From the sequence record DRR378314_434: a stretch of 64,000 nucleotides of DNA; one strand, 5' to 3'. Shown piece after piece: positions 19,973 through 30,727 of the stretch. Position 1 is the first letter of the stretch; each line of letters starts with the position of its first letter. The notes beneath the pieces are model-generated. The model saw nothing but the letters and a program-made list of their open reading frames with translations. It was not told the origin of the DNA and did not search any database. The position numbers and the translations under genes are program-made.

Positions 19973-20515
19973 ATGTCAAAAGATGAATTTAGCAATCACC
20001 CCATAACACCTGAAGAACTTCCTCAGATAAACTCTCAGTCCTTTACACCATTAAGTAATACCTATATTAAGGTCAACCTAATGTGTCGCTTAATTTTTTG
20101 GTTGATGGTGGTGAGCGCCTTATTAATTCTTTATTGGCAGCCCTGGGTTGCTCTTCCCAGGCTGCTAGAAGTTTATCTGCCCCAGATACAATTAACCGCA
20201 GGAGTTTTTGGCTTATTAAGTTCGGTTTATGGCATTTTAGCTGACAAAAACAAAGGGTACGCCATAAGGGAGCACGATTTTAGCTATCGTAGTGGTGTCA
20301 TATTCCAGTCAGTAGTCAGCCAGCCTATTTTACGTATTCAGCATGTTGAATTAAAGCATGGCCCCATTGACCGCCACTTTGGACTGGCCAGTCTGGAGAT
20401 TTTTAGCGCTGGCGGTGCCATGCACACTTTCGCAATACCGGGTTTACCAGAAAAGAAAGCTCGCGAAATCCGTTCCTACGTACTAACCCATAGCGATATT
20501 GCAGCAAATGACTAG
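19973..20515 (+). CDS. Bacterial PH-domain membrane protein (YdbS-like)
   Basis: Two TMs plus RIQHVELKHGPIDRHFGLA...IPGL. Confidence 0.85.
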   Translation: MSKDEFSNHPITPEELPQINSQSFTPLSNTYIKVNLMCRLIFWLMVVSALLILYWQPWVALPRLLEVYLPQIQLTAGVFGLLSSVYGILADKNKGYAIREHDFSYRSGVIFQSVVSQPILRIQHVELKHGPIDRHFGLASLEIFSAGGAMHTFAIPGLPEKKAREIRSYVLTHSDIAAND

Positions 20516-22016
20516 TTACCAGAATCAATGGCTAAAGCTCTCACCTGTAGCGATTGTTTATTTCGCTGTTCAGTTCATCAAAACCATTGGTAACAACTTA
20601 TTTTATTTACTGCCGGCTATTTTTGTTGGCTACAATCAGTTTTCAGAAAATGCCTTGATAATACTGTCAGGGCTTGGTGCTCTTTTAGTCTTTGTTGCCA
20701 TCTCGGCTCTGCTCAAGTTTTATTTCTATCAATACCGGTTGAGCGAAGGTCGAGTTCAGATTCATTCTGGAGTATTCCAGAAAACGCATATCGACCTCCC
20801 CTTCGAGCGCATACAGAATGTCCGTTTTGAACAACCCATTTTTTACCGCCCGACGAATCATGTCTGCATGCTTCTGGACACGGCCGGTTCCAATAAACTC
20901 GAAGCAAAAATTATTGCTTTACCCAAAAACGTAGCCGAGTCTCTAAAACAAGAAATACTCGCTTATAAAACCGAAGATACTCATGAAACAACAGACCACC
21001 AACCTCAATCTAATGAGGAACGCCTGCTAAATTCCCGCTCCATGCGAGACTTAGTTATTCATGGCCTGGCCAGTAATCGTATCTGGATTGTACTGGGTGC
21101 GTTAGCCCCTTTCTTTAATTCTCTTTCAGACAGGGTTGTTGAAGGTATAGAAAGCTTCGGAGTGGATGTTGATGCGCTCATGGCCTCTTCACAATACGCA
21201 TTCTGGCAGTACATATTATTTTTCTTTTCTATCGCCTTTGTTGTTATTGCCCTAATGGCATTAATTTCCGTCTTAGGCTCTGTAATCACCTTCTACGACT
21301 TTAAGTTAACCCGCAGCGACGATCGTTATATTCGTCGCAATGGACTTTTTACCCGTCACGAAGTTGTTATGAAACTGTCGCGGCTACAAATGATTGCTTT
21401 ACAGCAAAACTGGCTTGATCGCGTACTGCAAAGAGTTAACTTGAAATTCGAGCAACTCAATGCCAACTTTGAGCGCCAATCCGCAGGAACTTCGGGCGGG
21501 AAAATTATTGTTCCATCAGTCACTCTCGAACAAGCACATAGCTTAGCAACGGAAACCTGGCCTAATAATCAATTAAGCAGCATAAGCTATAACCCGGTCA
21601 GCAAGCGACTCGCTATTAGAAACACGCTCATCGCCTTTTGGCTGTTTGTTCCTCTTGCCGCCGTGCTTACTTATTTTGCAAAAACGGAGCTGGCAACAGC
21701 TTCAATTGCTGCTTTTGTTCTGTCTACCGCCTTTATCGTTCTAAGCTGGAAACGCCGCGGCTATGCAATTGACAGTAACTTCATTTATCTCAGAAAAGGC
21801 CTTATTGGAGTGAATTACCGCTGCTTCCCTATTCATAAAGTTCAACAGACAACGTTCTCGCAAAGCTGGTTTATGCGCCGCTTTCAGTTATGCTCAGTAA
21901 AGTTTGTCCTGGCTTCTGGTGGTCAGACTCTGCCTTTTATTAATGCTAGAATCGGTGAAGAACTCATAGACTCCTGCCTTTATCAGGTGGAAGCATTAAA
22001 AAAGTCCTGGATGTAA
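20508..22016 (+). CDS. Bacterial PH-domain membrane protein (YdbT-like)
   Basis: Three bPH_2-type repeats (PFERIQNV, LSRLQMI, PIHKVQQ); coupled to the YdbS-like gene. Confidence 0.85.
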   Translation: MTSYQNQWLKLSPVAIVYFAVQFIKTIGNNLFYLLPAIFVGYNQFSENALIILSGLGALLVFVAISALLKFYFYQYRLSEGRVQIHSGVFQKTHIDLPFERIQNVRFEQPIFYRPTNHVCMLLDTAGSNKLEAKIIALPKNVAESLKQEILAYKTEDTHETTDHQPQSNEERLLNSRSMRDLVIHGLASNRIWIVLGALAPFFNSLSDRVVEGIESFGVDVDALMASSQYAFWQYILFFFSIAFVVIALMALISVLGSVITFYDFKLTRSDDRYIRRNGLFTRHEVVMKLSRLQMIALQQNWLDRVLQRVNLKFEQLNANFERQSAGTSGGKIIVPSVTLEQAHSLATETWPNNQLSSISYNPVSKRLAIRNTLIAFWLFVPLAAVLTYFAKTELATASIAAFVLSTAFIVLSWKRRGYAIDSNFIYLRKGLIGVNYRCFPIHKVQQTTFSQSWFMRRFQLCSVKFVLASGGQTLPFINARIGEELIDSCLYQVEALKKSWM

Positions 22017-22017
22017 T

Positions 22018-22605
22018 ATGGAATTACCTTTCTCGCAAGCCTGTGAAAACAACAAAGACCCAATACTCGAGGTTCTTAAAACGGCGTTTTCAGACTGCAC
22101 TCGTGTTTTAGAAGTAGGCAGTGGTACAGGCCAACATGCCGTGTACTTTGCCAGCCAACTGCCTAATATTCATTGGCAAGCCAGTGATCAAAAAGAGTAT
22201 CTACCGGGAGTAACGGCTCGGATAGAACAGGAAGGTGTAACCAACCAGCCATTACCGGTCGAATTTAATGTATTTAAAGGCGCTCCGGAGGGGGAATTCA
22301 ATGCTCTTTTCACCGCAAATACCTGCCATATTATGCCCAAAGAAGGAGTCGAAAGGCTCTTCGCGCATTTGGGAAACAAACTTAGCAGTGTAGAGCGTTT
22401 ATGTATTTACGGACCCTTTAACGACAACGGTCATTTTACCAGCGACAGTAATCGTGGCTTTCACCAGTCGCTGCAGTCGCGTAACAGCGACATGGGAATA
22501 CGCGATTGGCAATGGATTGCAGAGCTGGCCAATCAGCAAGGCTTTGAGCTGAAAAAGATTCACCCTTTGCCGGCCAATAACCAGCTGCTGGAATTTCAAC
22601 GTTAG
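22018..22605 (+). CDS. DUF938 family SAM methyltransferase
   Basis: ACENNKDPIL, LEVGSGTGQH, YGPF, PANN. Confidence 0.88.
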   Translation: MELPFSQACENNKDPILEVLKTAFSDCTRVLEVGSGTGQHAVYFASQLPNIHWQASDQKEYLPGVTARIEQEGVTNQPLPVEFNVFKGAPEGEFNALFTANTCHIMPKEGVERLFAHLGNKLSSVERLCIYGPFNDNGHFTSDSNRGFHQSLQSRNSDMGIRDWQWIAELANQQGFELKKIHPLPANNQLLEFQR

Positions 22606-22628
22606 CCCTTTATCAATCAAGGGCTAAC
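22601..22628. terminator. Hairpin between convergent genes
   Basis: GTTAGCCCTT-N8-AAGGGCTAAC 10-bp stem. Confidence 0.55.
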
Positions 22629-22643
22629 GAAGACGAAAAACCG

Positions 22644-23270
22644 TTATTGAGTATTAGGAACAATACGTAACTCTACCCGACGGTTTAACTGACGTCCGCT
22701 TTCGGTATCGTTATCTGCAACAGGCATACTTTCTCCATAGCCTTCGGTTGTGACCCTGCGTGAGTCCACGCCGTTACCCACTAAATTATTGCGTACGGCA
22801 TTAGCTCGGTTTAACGACAGTTGCTGGTTGTATTCCGCAGAGCCGGTGCTATCGGTGTGCCCTTCTATCAGCATGGTAGTTTTTTCATACTTTTTCAGCA
22901 CACGCGCAACATCATCTAATACTGGGTTGAAGCTTTGAGAAATATTCGCACTCCCGGTGGCAAACGTGATGTTACTGGGCAATTGTAAACGCAGGTTATC
23001 GCCGTCGCGTATCACTTTAACACCACTGTCAGCCAGTTCTTCCCTGAACTCTTCTTCCTGCTTATCCATATAAGAACCTATAGCACCTCCTGCTAAGGCA
23101 CCAACCGCAGCGCCCCAAACATATCGGCTTTTATCATGATCGCCAGTGCCTTTACCAAGCAATGCCCCCGTCACAGCACCTATCGACGCCCCTTTTTGGG
23201 TATTGCTCATATTTTCACAACCAACAAGTGCTAACGAAGAAAACATCATAGTCAAAACTAACTTTTTCAT
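22644..23270 (-). CDS. OmpA-family lipoprotein with glycine zipper (YiaD-like)
   Basis: Lipobox LVGC, glycine zipper, EGHTDSTG, NRRVE. Confidence 0.9.
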   Translation of the reverse strand: MKKLVLTMMFSSLALVGCENMSNTQKGASIGAVTGALLGKGTGDHDKSRYVWGAAVGALAGGAIGSYMDKQEEEFREELADSGVKVIRDGDNLRLQLPSNITFATGSANISQSFNPVLDDVARVLKKYEKTTMLIEGHTDSTGSAEYNQQLSLNRANAVRNNLVGNGVDSRRVTTEGYGESMPVADNDTESGRQLNRRVELRIVPNTQ

Positions 23271-23428
23271 ACTCTAACTCCATCAAAACAATGAATGCCC
23301 TGAAAACTAGCACGCTTTAGTATAGTCACTGATGAGATTTTCGGATTTTTTACGTGACTTATTTTCTCTTAATGCCCAGCAGTGATACCTTATAAAAAGT
23401 AGTAGCTGACATACGCGTTTCCATCAAT

Positions 23429-24244
23429 ATGACAATAACTGACCCTACCGAGGCTCGTAAGGCTCTAATGACGTTCTTGCGGGACAATGCCCCCGTAACA
23501 GTCATTACCGGCGCGGGCATAAGTACAGACTCCGGAATCCCCGACTATCGTGATAATAAAGGCGAATGGAAGCGCACGCCTCCGGTTCAGCATCAGGATT
23601 ACATGCGCAGCGAGGCGGTACGAAAAAGATACTGGGCCCGAAGCTTATTTGGCTGGCCAGTGCTTTATCACGCCAGGCCTAACTCAGCGCATTACGCGAT
23701 AGCGGAATTCCAGCAGCAAGGGCTTATTGGCTGTGTTATCACGCAGAATGTGGACGGCCTGCACCAAAAAGCCGGAGCCACTCGTGTCATTAATTTGCAC
23801 GGATACGCCAACGACATGGTCTGCATGAGCTGTAGGGAAATTACCCCGCGGCTGGATATGCATGAGCGCAGTCTGAAATTGAACCCGGACTTTGCTGCTT
23901 TAGAGGCAACCGCCGCGCCGGACGGTGATGCAGACCTTGAAACCGACTTTGAACAATTCAAAGTCACCGACTGCCGAAGCTGCGGTGGTATTCTAAAACC
24001 CGATGTCGTGTACTTTGGCGACAATGTGCCACGCCCCCGGGTCGAAGAAGCTCAAAAGTCGCTAGAGAACAGTAACGCCCTACTCGCTATTGGCACCTCG
24101 CTTATGGTCTTTTCGGGTTATCGATTTGCCCGTCAGGCTCACCAAAGCAATCAACCTGTTGCCCTGTTAACTCTGGGAAAAACACGAGCCGATGAGCTCG
24201 CAACGTTAAAACTGAACTGCTCTATAAAGGACGTACTGGCATGA
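23429..24244 (+). CDS. NAD-dependent deacylase, sirtuin class II (SIRT4-like)
   Basis: GAGISTDSGIPDYR, RYWARS, TQNVDGLH, CxxC/CxxC zinc site, KPDVVYFG. Confidence 0.92.
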   Translation: MTITDPTEARKALMTFLRDNAPVTVITGAGISTDSGIPDYRDNKGEWKRTPPVQHQDYMRSEAVRKRYWARSLFGWPVLYHARPNSAHYAIAEFQQQGLIGCVITQNVDGLHQKAGATRVINLHGYANDMVCMSCREITPRLDMHERSLKLNPDFAALEATAAPDGDADLETDFEQFKVTDCRSCGGILKPDVVYFGDNVPRPRVEEAQKSLENSNALLAIGTSLMVFSGYRFARQAHQSNQPVALLTLGKTRADELATLKLNCSIKDVLA

Positions 24245-24274
24245 ACCAGAAGCAGTTATTCTTTCGAGTTAAGT

Positions 24275-24296
24275 GCCCGTTATGAACTTAACGGGC
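24275..24296. terminator. Terminator-like hairpin
   Basis: GCCCGTTA-TGAACT-TAACGGGC between convergent genes. Confidence 0.6.
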
Positions 24297-24314
24297 TTTG
24301 GGGAAGCAAGAGTA

Positions 24315-24884
24315 TTAAATATTCGGCTTATACTCAAAACCTTCTTCAGCCTGAGAGTCGGAGAAGGTTTTTATTTTCTCTTTATGGTTCAGCATAGAGT
24401 TAACCAATGAATTTGGGAACACTTCAATACCGTTGTTAAAGTCTTCTACGTTCTGGTTAAAGATACGAATTGCCGCACCAATGTTTTCTTGCTGGTCGGT
24501 AATTTCTCTCATCAATTTCTGATAAGTTTCTGAGGCCTTCAGTTCCGGGTAGTTCTCGACAGTAACGTTAAGGCTTTTAAGCAGTTCGCCAGTTCTGGCT
24601 TCCGCCAGCTCAAGCTTAGCCGTATCGACTTTACCACTATCCAGACCCTGCAGAGCACTACGCAGTTCGGTCACTTTGGTCAAAGTGCCCTGTTCGAACT
24701 CTTTATAATCTTTCACGACATCTTCTAAATGCGGAATAATTTTATTTTTTTGACGCTCTTGTGTAATAACGTTAGCCCATGCTCTCTCGACAGCATTTGC
24801 GCGGCTAATAATGGCGTTATATATAGCAATAACGGCTATTACTAAAACAAGGGCTATGCCAATGGCTATCCATGTTCCTGTCAT
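24315..24884 (-). CDS. lemA: LemA family protein
   Basis: N-terminal TM, VENYPELKAS, FNNGIEVFP. Confidence 0.9.
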   Translation of the reverse strand: MTGTWIAIGIALVLVIAVIAIYNAIISRANAVERAWANVITQERQKNKIIPHLEDVVKDYKEFEQGTLTKVTELRSALQGLDSGKVDTAKLELAEARTGELLKSLNVTVENYPELKASETYQKLMREITDQQENIGAAIRIFNQNVEDFNNGIEVFPNSLVNSMLNHKEKIKTFSDSQAEEGFEYKPNI

Positions 24885-24894
24885 TGTTTTGCTC

Positions 24895-25938
24895 CTAAAA
24901 GTTACTGTCCAGTTTGGTCATTACATAGTGGATAAAATCAAGCGATGTCTTTAATTTTGCAAACTCCTGCTCGCCATCCAAGGCTTCAATAAATGCCTCA
25001 TAGTCGCATATCTTAGCCTCTTTCGTTGTAGCAATAAGGTCTTTATCCGCAAACGAAAGACACAAGTCACCGGCGTCATTCACCTCGAAATTCACTTGCG
25101 ATAATACCTCAGAGAACTCTTCAAAAGCGATAACTACGGTCGGTTTCATCGCTTTTGCAGCTTCTAATTCACTGGCAGCGACCACTTTAAATTCTTTATT
25201 AAAACGGTTGGATGCTGGCTTATAAGTGGCTCTTCCTGCCCCCGGAAGGCCAAAACCTACAACAGCAACATTGCGTAACAAGCCGAAAGGCAAAATAAGC
25301 CCGTAGCGATCATAATGATCGTACACTTTCTTTCTGCGTGTTCTTACCTCACCTTTGCTGTCCGTATAGGTTTCAGTGACAATGCGCTCATCAACATAGT
25401 GAAAGTGATAATACTGATACTGAAACGAATATTCGCTGCCACTGTAGCTTCCATCATAAAGCGCACGAATTTCACGTTTGTAATTCCCCCGATTAAAATC
25501 ACTGAAGCGCTGCTGGAACTCATTTGATGCGGCTCTGCTTTCAAATACAGCGGGCGACAAGTCGTTGTCCAGTAAACCATCGCGTTGCAGTAAAGCATGC
25601 GACGCCTTTGTCATCAGCCGGCCCGGGTAAAAAGCGGTTATTCCGGCAACCAAAGTTAAAACACTACCTACGGCCAGAATAATCCAGGTACTTTGCTGAA
25701 AGTGTTGCCACTGAGACCAGTCCCAGTAAGTTAATGCGGCAGTTGCTAACAAAAACACGGCAAAAGCTATCCAGTAAGCTTTCATATTAAACTGGTAGCT
25801 TCCGGAAAAGGCTTTCAGATCATCAATAACCACGTCGAGATTCTCTCGGGTACGGCTATTATGCGCCTGAGTTTCTGTGCGCTTTAGTAATTCAATAAGG
25901 GCTTTGTTGTTTTTCTGATAGAGCACGGCAATCAACAT
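24895..25938 (-). CDS. Membrane protein co-transcribed with lemA (DUF3137-like position and topology)
   Basis: Two TMs then a soluble domain; lies 10 bp upstream of lemA on the same strand. Confidence 0.65.
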   Translation of the reverse strand: MLIAVLYQKNNKALIELLKRTETQAHNSRTRENLDVVIDDLKAFSGSYQFNMKAYWIAFAVFLLATAALTYWDWSQWQHFQQSTWIILAVGSVLTLVAGITAFYPGRLMTKASHALLQRDGLLDNDLSPAVFESRAASNEFQQRFSDFNRGNYKREIRALYDGSYSGSEYSFQYQYYHFHYVDERIVTETYTDSKGEVRTRRKKVYDHYDRYGLILPFGLLRNVAVVGFGLPGAGRATYKPASNRFNKEFKVVAASELEAAKAMKPTVVIAFEEFSEVLSQVNFEVNDAGDLCLSFADKDLIATTKEAKICDYEAFIEALDGEQEFAKLKTSLDFIHYVMTKLDSNF

Positions 25939-26140
25939 AGAAATTAGTTAAAAATAGGTATTCAGTTTAATGCTTAGGTCTTTTCGATACCAGTTAATAT
26001 TTGTAAAACTCAGCCCCAAACAAACTCATTTTATGAGTGTAAATGGCGCTAAAAAATTAAGCTTAACTAAATGCGTTTTTATAATTTCTGCTAAGATGCT
26101 TAGCTCCTATGCAAATAAAGACGCCATTAAGAGGTAATTA

Positions 26141-27076
26141 ATGAAAGCTGTCATACTCGATGCAGAAACCCTGGGCAAGGGTATTGATCTCTCCGCCATT
26201 GAAGAATCCGTCGATGAGCTGGTTTTATATGATTCAACAACACCCGAACAGGTTAATGAGCGAATTAACGATGCTGAAATTGTGATAACAAATAAGGTCG
26301 TCATTAATGAACAGGCAATTGAGTCAGCGGAACAGCTAAAGCTAATTTGCGTGTTAGCCACAGGAATGAACAATATTGACTTAGCTGCTGCCAAAAAACG
26401 GAGTATTCCGGTTAAAAATGTTGAAGCTTACGGTACACAAAGCGTGGTTCAACATACGTTGATGATGATGCTTTCGCTGGCGACTAAGCAACCCGTTATG
26501 CAAAAACGCGTGGCTGCCGGTAACTGGCAAAGTTCGTCCATGTTCTGTCTGTTAGACCCATCCATTATTCAACTGGCCGGCAAGAAGTTAGTTATTGTCG
26601 GTTCTGGCGAGCTCGGCCACGAAGTGAAAACTCAGGCGGAAGCTTTGGGTATGAAGGTTGAGTTCTCAGCACGCCCCGGAAAGAAAGATGACCCGCGTCC
26701 AACGCTAAATGAGCTACTACCTTCGGCTGACGTTATCTCTTTTCATTGTCCGTTAACGGATGACACCAGAAACTTGCTTAACGCAGATAATCTCAAACTT
26801 TGTAAAAAAGACGCTCTAATTATTAATAATGCCCGAGGTGGTGTTATCAATGAACAGGATGTTACCGAGGCGCTAAGAGCGGGAGAAATAGGTGGTGTTG
26901 CCGCTGATGTCCTGCCTCAGGAACCACCTAAAGATGGCAACCCACTCCTGGATGCCATGAACGAGGGATTAAACCTGATTGTCACACCTCACAACGCCTG
27001 GACATCACCTGAAGCGCGGCAGCGCATTGTGGAGCTTACTGCCAGAAATATTCGGAGTATTAAAGCGAAAAGTTAA
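26141..27076 (+). CDS. D-2-hydroxyacid dehydrogenase (glycerate dehydrogenase/HprA-like)
   Basis: GSGELG Rossmann motif, HCPLT, NNARGG, DVLPQEPP, TPHNAW. Confidence 0.9.
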   Translation: MKAVILDAETLGKGIDLSAIEESVDELVLYDSTTPEQVNERINDAEIVITNKVVINEQAIESAEQLKLICVLATGMNNIDLAAAKKRSIPVKNVEAYGTQSVVQHTLMMMLSLATKQPVMQKRVAAGNWQSSSMFCLLDPSIIQLAGKKLVIVGSGELGHEVKTQAEALGMKVEFSARPGKKDDPRPTLNELLPSADVISFHCPLTDDTRNLLNADNLKLCKKDALIINNARGGVINEQDVTEALRAGEIGGVAADVLPQEPPKDGNPLLDAMNEGLNLIVTPHNAWTSPEARQRIVELTARNIRSIKAKS

Positions 27077-27111
27077 AAGTCGTGCTGTGGTGTTGGCTGT
27101 AGAAGCTGCAG

Positions 27112-30100
27112 CTAGCGCCGTTGCATCTGACCATACTTAGAAATCAACAAAGGTTGCTGTTTAATTTGCTGCACGATGTTGTCATCAAGGTCTGCCGAAA
27201 TAGCTGTAAATCCCATCCAGGTATCTCTCTGGTTATTCTTGGCACCATATAGGGCGGCATCTGCAATCGCTACGGTTGTCTGCCATTCAAACATCGTGGG
27301 ATGTTGTTTGGCTATCGGATAAGCGGAAAAGCCAACAGAACAGGTTATCTGCTGCTGTAGTGCATCGACTAAATCAAATGGTTCATTACCAATTGTTTGC
27401 AAAATACGCTCTGCTATATAATTAGCGTCTTCTCGCGGCGTATTATGAACCACAACCAAAAATTCCTCACCGCCCCAACGAATCAGATAGTCTATTTCGC
27501 GGAACATGCTTTTCAGGCGACGCTGTGTTTCAACTAATACTGTATCGCCGACATGATGACCAAAGGTGTCGTTAATGCGTTTAAAATGGTCAAGGTCGAT
27601 GAGAAAGAACAATAAGTCTGACTCGTTCGTGGGAGCTATGTTATTTTGTTTACAATCGGTGTAATAGCGTTGTACAACCGTAATATCACGATGAATATTT
27701 TGCATTAGGAAACGACGGTTTTTCAAACCTGTTAGTGCGTCGGTGAGGCTAGCCTCTTCCAGAGCTTTTGCTTGTTCAGCAAGTTTTTCATTGGCCTTCA
27801 CCAGTTCCGCCGTGCGATCCTGCACGCGTTGTTCCAACATGGCCTGTCGACGCCTAGAGTGACGTACACCAAGTCTGTGGGTGAAATATATAATCATGCA
27901 CAGGACTAGTAACCCGACTATTTTGGCATAGACAGTCTGGTACCATGCAGGCAACACGGTAAATTGTCGTGACAAGGCGTTGCTTTGCCAGTTTTTACCG
28001 TCGTGGGAATATTCGAGCTGCAGAGTGTATTTGCCGGGTGGAGGGCGGGTGACGGTCACAATACGGTGATCCACATCCAGTAATGTCCAGTTATCGTCCA
28101 GTCCCTGTAATCGATAGCGATAGCTCAGATGGTCGGGATCAACGTAGTCTAGGGCGGCAAATTCGAAGGAGACGCGTTTAGACAGAGCTGGAATTACAAG
28201 TTGGCGTTGCTTTAAAGGCGGTGATGTCACCTCATTGCTGGCCGAAACTATACGGGTGTTGGTCAGCACAAATGGCAACGTTTTGGGACTAAAACTAACC
28301 GCTTTGGTGTCAACCATTGTCAGGCCGTTAATGCCTCCAAAAGCCATTTCCGCTGTAGTCGTTTGGGTTGCTGCACCGCGGGAATAAGGACTGTTTATTG
28401 AGGCATGCCCTACAATTATCGGCGTGACCTCCCGCGTAGTAATATTCACAGCTGCAATGCCGCGTGACGTGCTCAGCCAAATATGCTCGAGGCTCTCGCC
28501 AGCAATTGCGGCGACAGCCTTGCCTGGTAAACCATTGGTGTCGAGTATTTGCTGCCAGTTAGAATCATTTGTGCGGACGAACAGTCCTTCGCCACTCGTA
28601 CCTACCCAAAGCTGATTTTTACTATCGATGAATAGAGCAGAAATAAACTGTTGGCTTAGTACTGGGTGGTCAATATTAGCTAGTGTCGCTGCAAAGGATG
28701 GGGTTAATTGTACTGACCCCTTTATCAAACCTTGCCAGGTACCAATCCAGAGTGTCGTTTTGTCAGCTAACAGTGAGGCAACTCGCCGCTCTTTGGTATT
28801 GGCATTAAATACTTCAATGACTGTGCGTTCTTCTGATAAAGGTTGCATCCACAGGCCATCGGTGCCACCAAGCCATAACGCATCGCTTGTCTGCGCAAAC
28901 GCACTGGTATATATATCCGATGTTCTGCGTTTAGTTGAAAGGGGCGTAACCTCGCCGGTAGAAGAGTCAATACTGACAGATAAGAAGTTGCTTGAGGCAT
29001 ATACTTCGCCGCTAGGCGATGCATAGAGTGTTTCCACCGGGTCCTTAGAATCTGGCCATAACATCTGTGTATGCCCGACAAAAGGCTTTAGTACTTCAAT
29101 ACCTTGTTGGCCCGAGCCAACCCATAACGACTCTTCCACGTTTTGGACCGAAAATACTTTACGTTGCTGTAAACCACGCGCCGAGCTTACTTGCCCTAAG
29201 ATATTTTTTACTGCGGTGTTGCCGGCATCGTAAATGTTAAGGCTATCACCCGCGCCTATCCATACCAGACCGCGATAGTCTTTAAACACCGTCCAGATGT
29301 TGTTGTCACTAAGGGTTGCCTCCTGGCTGCGGTCATGAAGGTACTGACGTTCAGTCCCGGTGGTCAGGTCTACTTCAATTAGCCCATCGCCAAAAGTGCC
29401 CAGCAATAAAACATTGGGACGAATCTCGGTTATTGCGTAAAGCCAGGGAGAAGGCGTTTTAGTTAAGGGGAGATGTTGAAAATCGCCCGCTCCGCTGCTG
29501 ATAAATAATCCATCGGCGGCAGAGCCTATAACTACCTCACCGCTTTGGGTACTGGTAATGCTACTGACGCGTACTGTATTGAGGAACCCGCTTTCCGGCG
29601 CCAGGTCAGCAAAGTGATGTGTACCCATTGGTGACCTAAAAAGCCCGGTTTCAGTCCCCACCCATAGTTGGCTTTGCTGATCAATGTGTAGCGCATGAAT
29701 TCGGGTATCGGAGGGTATTTCAATTGGTAAAAGTCGTTGGGCTGCAACGTCGAACTGGTAAACATCGCGGTCAGTTCCCAGAACAATAATTTGTTCATTT
29801 TGAAGGTTGGCGGCAATCGCGATGGTTTGCACTGAGATATTGGTTAATAAGCCAGAGGCTACAGGTTCCAACACATTAGTGCCCGGGAGAAGTTTGTATA
29901 ACCCGCGATTAGTGCCGACCCAGAGTTGCCCTGATTTATCAGTTATGCTGCTTTGAATTGTGGGTTGGGGGGCGCTTTGTTCGGGAGTTTGAAAAGTGGC
30001 CTGTGTTAAGACATGCGAATCCCAACGCCAAAGACCATTGGATGCAACGAGCCAAATAAACCCACTGCTATCTTCAGTAACGCTGGTCACTGGCCCTTCA

Positions 30101-30297
30101 ATTAAAGCTGAGTCTTTCAGTGGCGACATAAACGCCGGTCGATCAAGCCCGGCCCAACGGCTTCCTTGTGCCGCGACTGAAGCGCAGCAGGCAACAAAAA
30201 GCAGTAAAGCAAGGAACAGGTGTGAGCCAGAAGGAGGATTAGATAACAAGTTAACACCACAATAATTGTTATTGGTTATTGTACATACCGACGTCAC
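27112..30297 (-). CDS. Periplasmic beta-propeller/Y_Y_Y sensor diguanylate cyclase
   Basis: Repeated LWVGT propeller blades, YRYRLQGLD (Y_Y_Y), TM, coiled coil, RWGGEEF. Exact start uncertain. Confidence 0.88.
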   Translation of the reverse strand: MTSVCTITNNNYCGVNLLSNPPSGSHLFLALLLFVACCASVAAQGSRWAGLDRPAFMSPLKDSALIEGPVTSVTEDSSGFIWLVASNGLWRWDSHVLTQATFQTPEQSAPQPTIQSSITDKSGQLWVGTNRGLYKLLPGTNVLEPVASGLLTNISVQTIAIAANLQNEQIIVLGTDRDVYQFDVAAQRLLPIEIPSDTRIHALHIDQQSQLWVGTETGLFRSPMGTHHFADLAPESGFLNTVRVSSITSTQSGEVVIGSAADGLFISSGAGDFQHLPLTKTPSPWLYAITEIRPNVLLLGTFGDGLIEVDLTTGTERQYLHDRSQEATLSDNNIWTVFKDYRGLVWIGAGDSLNIYDAGNTAVKNILGQVSSARGLQQRKVFSVQNVEESLWVGSGQQGIEVLKPFVGHTQMLWPDSKDPVETLYASPSGEVYASSNFLSVSIDSSTGEVTPLSTKRRTSDIYTSAFAQTSDALWLGGTDGLWMQPLSEERTVIEVFNANTKERRVASLLADKTTLWIGTWQGLIKGSVQLTPSFAATLANIDHPVLSQQFISALFIDSKNQLWVGTSGEGLFVRTNDSNWQQILDTNGLPGKAVAAIAGESLEHIWLSTSRGIAAVNITTREVTPIIVGHASINSPYSRGAATQTTTAEMAFGGINGLTMVDTKAVSFSPKTLPFVLTNTRIVSASNEVTSPPLKQRQLVIPALSKRVSFEFAALDYVDPDHLSYRYRLQGLDDNWTLLDVDHRIVTVTRPPPGKYTLQLEYSHDGKNWQSNALSRQFTVLPAWYQTVYAKIVGLLVLCMIIYFTHRLGVRHSRRRQAMLEQRVQDRTAELVKANEKLAEQAKALEEASLTDALTGLKNRRFLMQNIHRDITVVQRYYTDCKQNNIAPTNESDLLFFLIDLDHFKRINDTFGHHVGDTVLVETQRRLKSMFREIDYLIRWGGEEFLVVVHNTPREDANYIAERILQTIGNEPFDLVDALQQQITCSVGFSAYPIAKQHPTMFEWQTTVAIADAALYGAKNNQRDTWMGFTAISADLDDNIVQQIKQQPLLISKYGQMQRR

Positions 30298-30727
30298 CCG
30301 AATGCGCTCGCCTTTAAGCTGCAGAGAAAACGGGGCATCTCGCTGATTGTTAACACTGACTCTTACGTAAAGACTAACCCCACAAGTTTACGATAGGGGA
30401 TTGCCTGTCTGGTAGTCACGACAAAGCGCAATACTGGTAATAGAATACGAAAATTCATAAAAATACAGGTAAATCTCATTATCACCGTTTACGCCATTAG
30501 AAGTTACTATGACTGTTTGTAGTGGTCAATAAAAACCGGCCACCGGTTTATAGTTAATCCAGTATTAATGCGGTCTAAGCTCGCTGTAATACCCGATTAA
30601 ATACTTGAATATGTGATTCTGAGCCTGCACAAATGAACGATATACATAAGTCGGCATCCATTGGGCGTATAAATCAATCACCACAACCAGATATGCCCAA
30701 CGGCTACCGACCCAAGTTAATGGCTTT

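Noticed and set aside
23429-24244. Sir2-based anti-phage defence gene
   Set aside because: Canonical zinc-binding class II sirtuin deacylase with no defence partner.
30330-30415. c-di-GMP-I (GEMM) riboswitch-like look on minus strand upstream of the large cyclase (ACAGGCAA...CAGCGAGATGCC)
   Set aside because: Lacks the GAAA tetraloop, the GACGCAAAGC junction and convincing P2/P3 pairing; only the ends resemble the motif.
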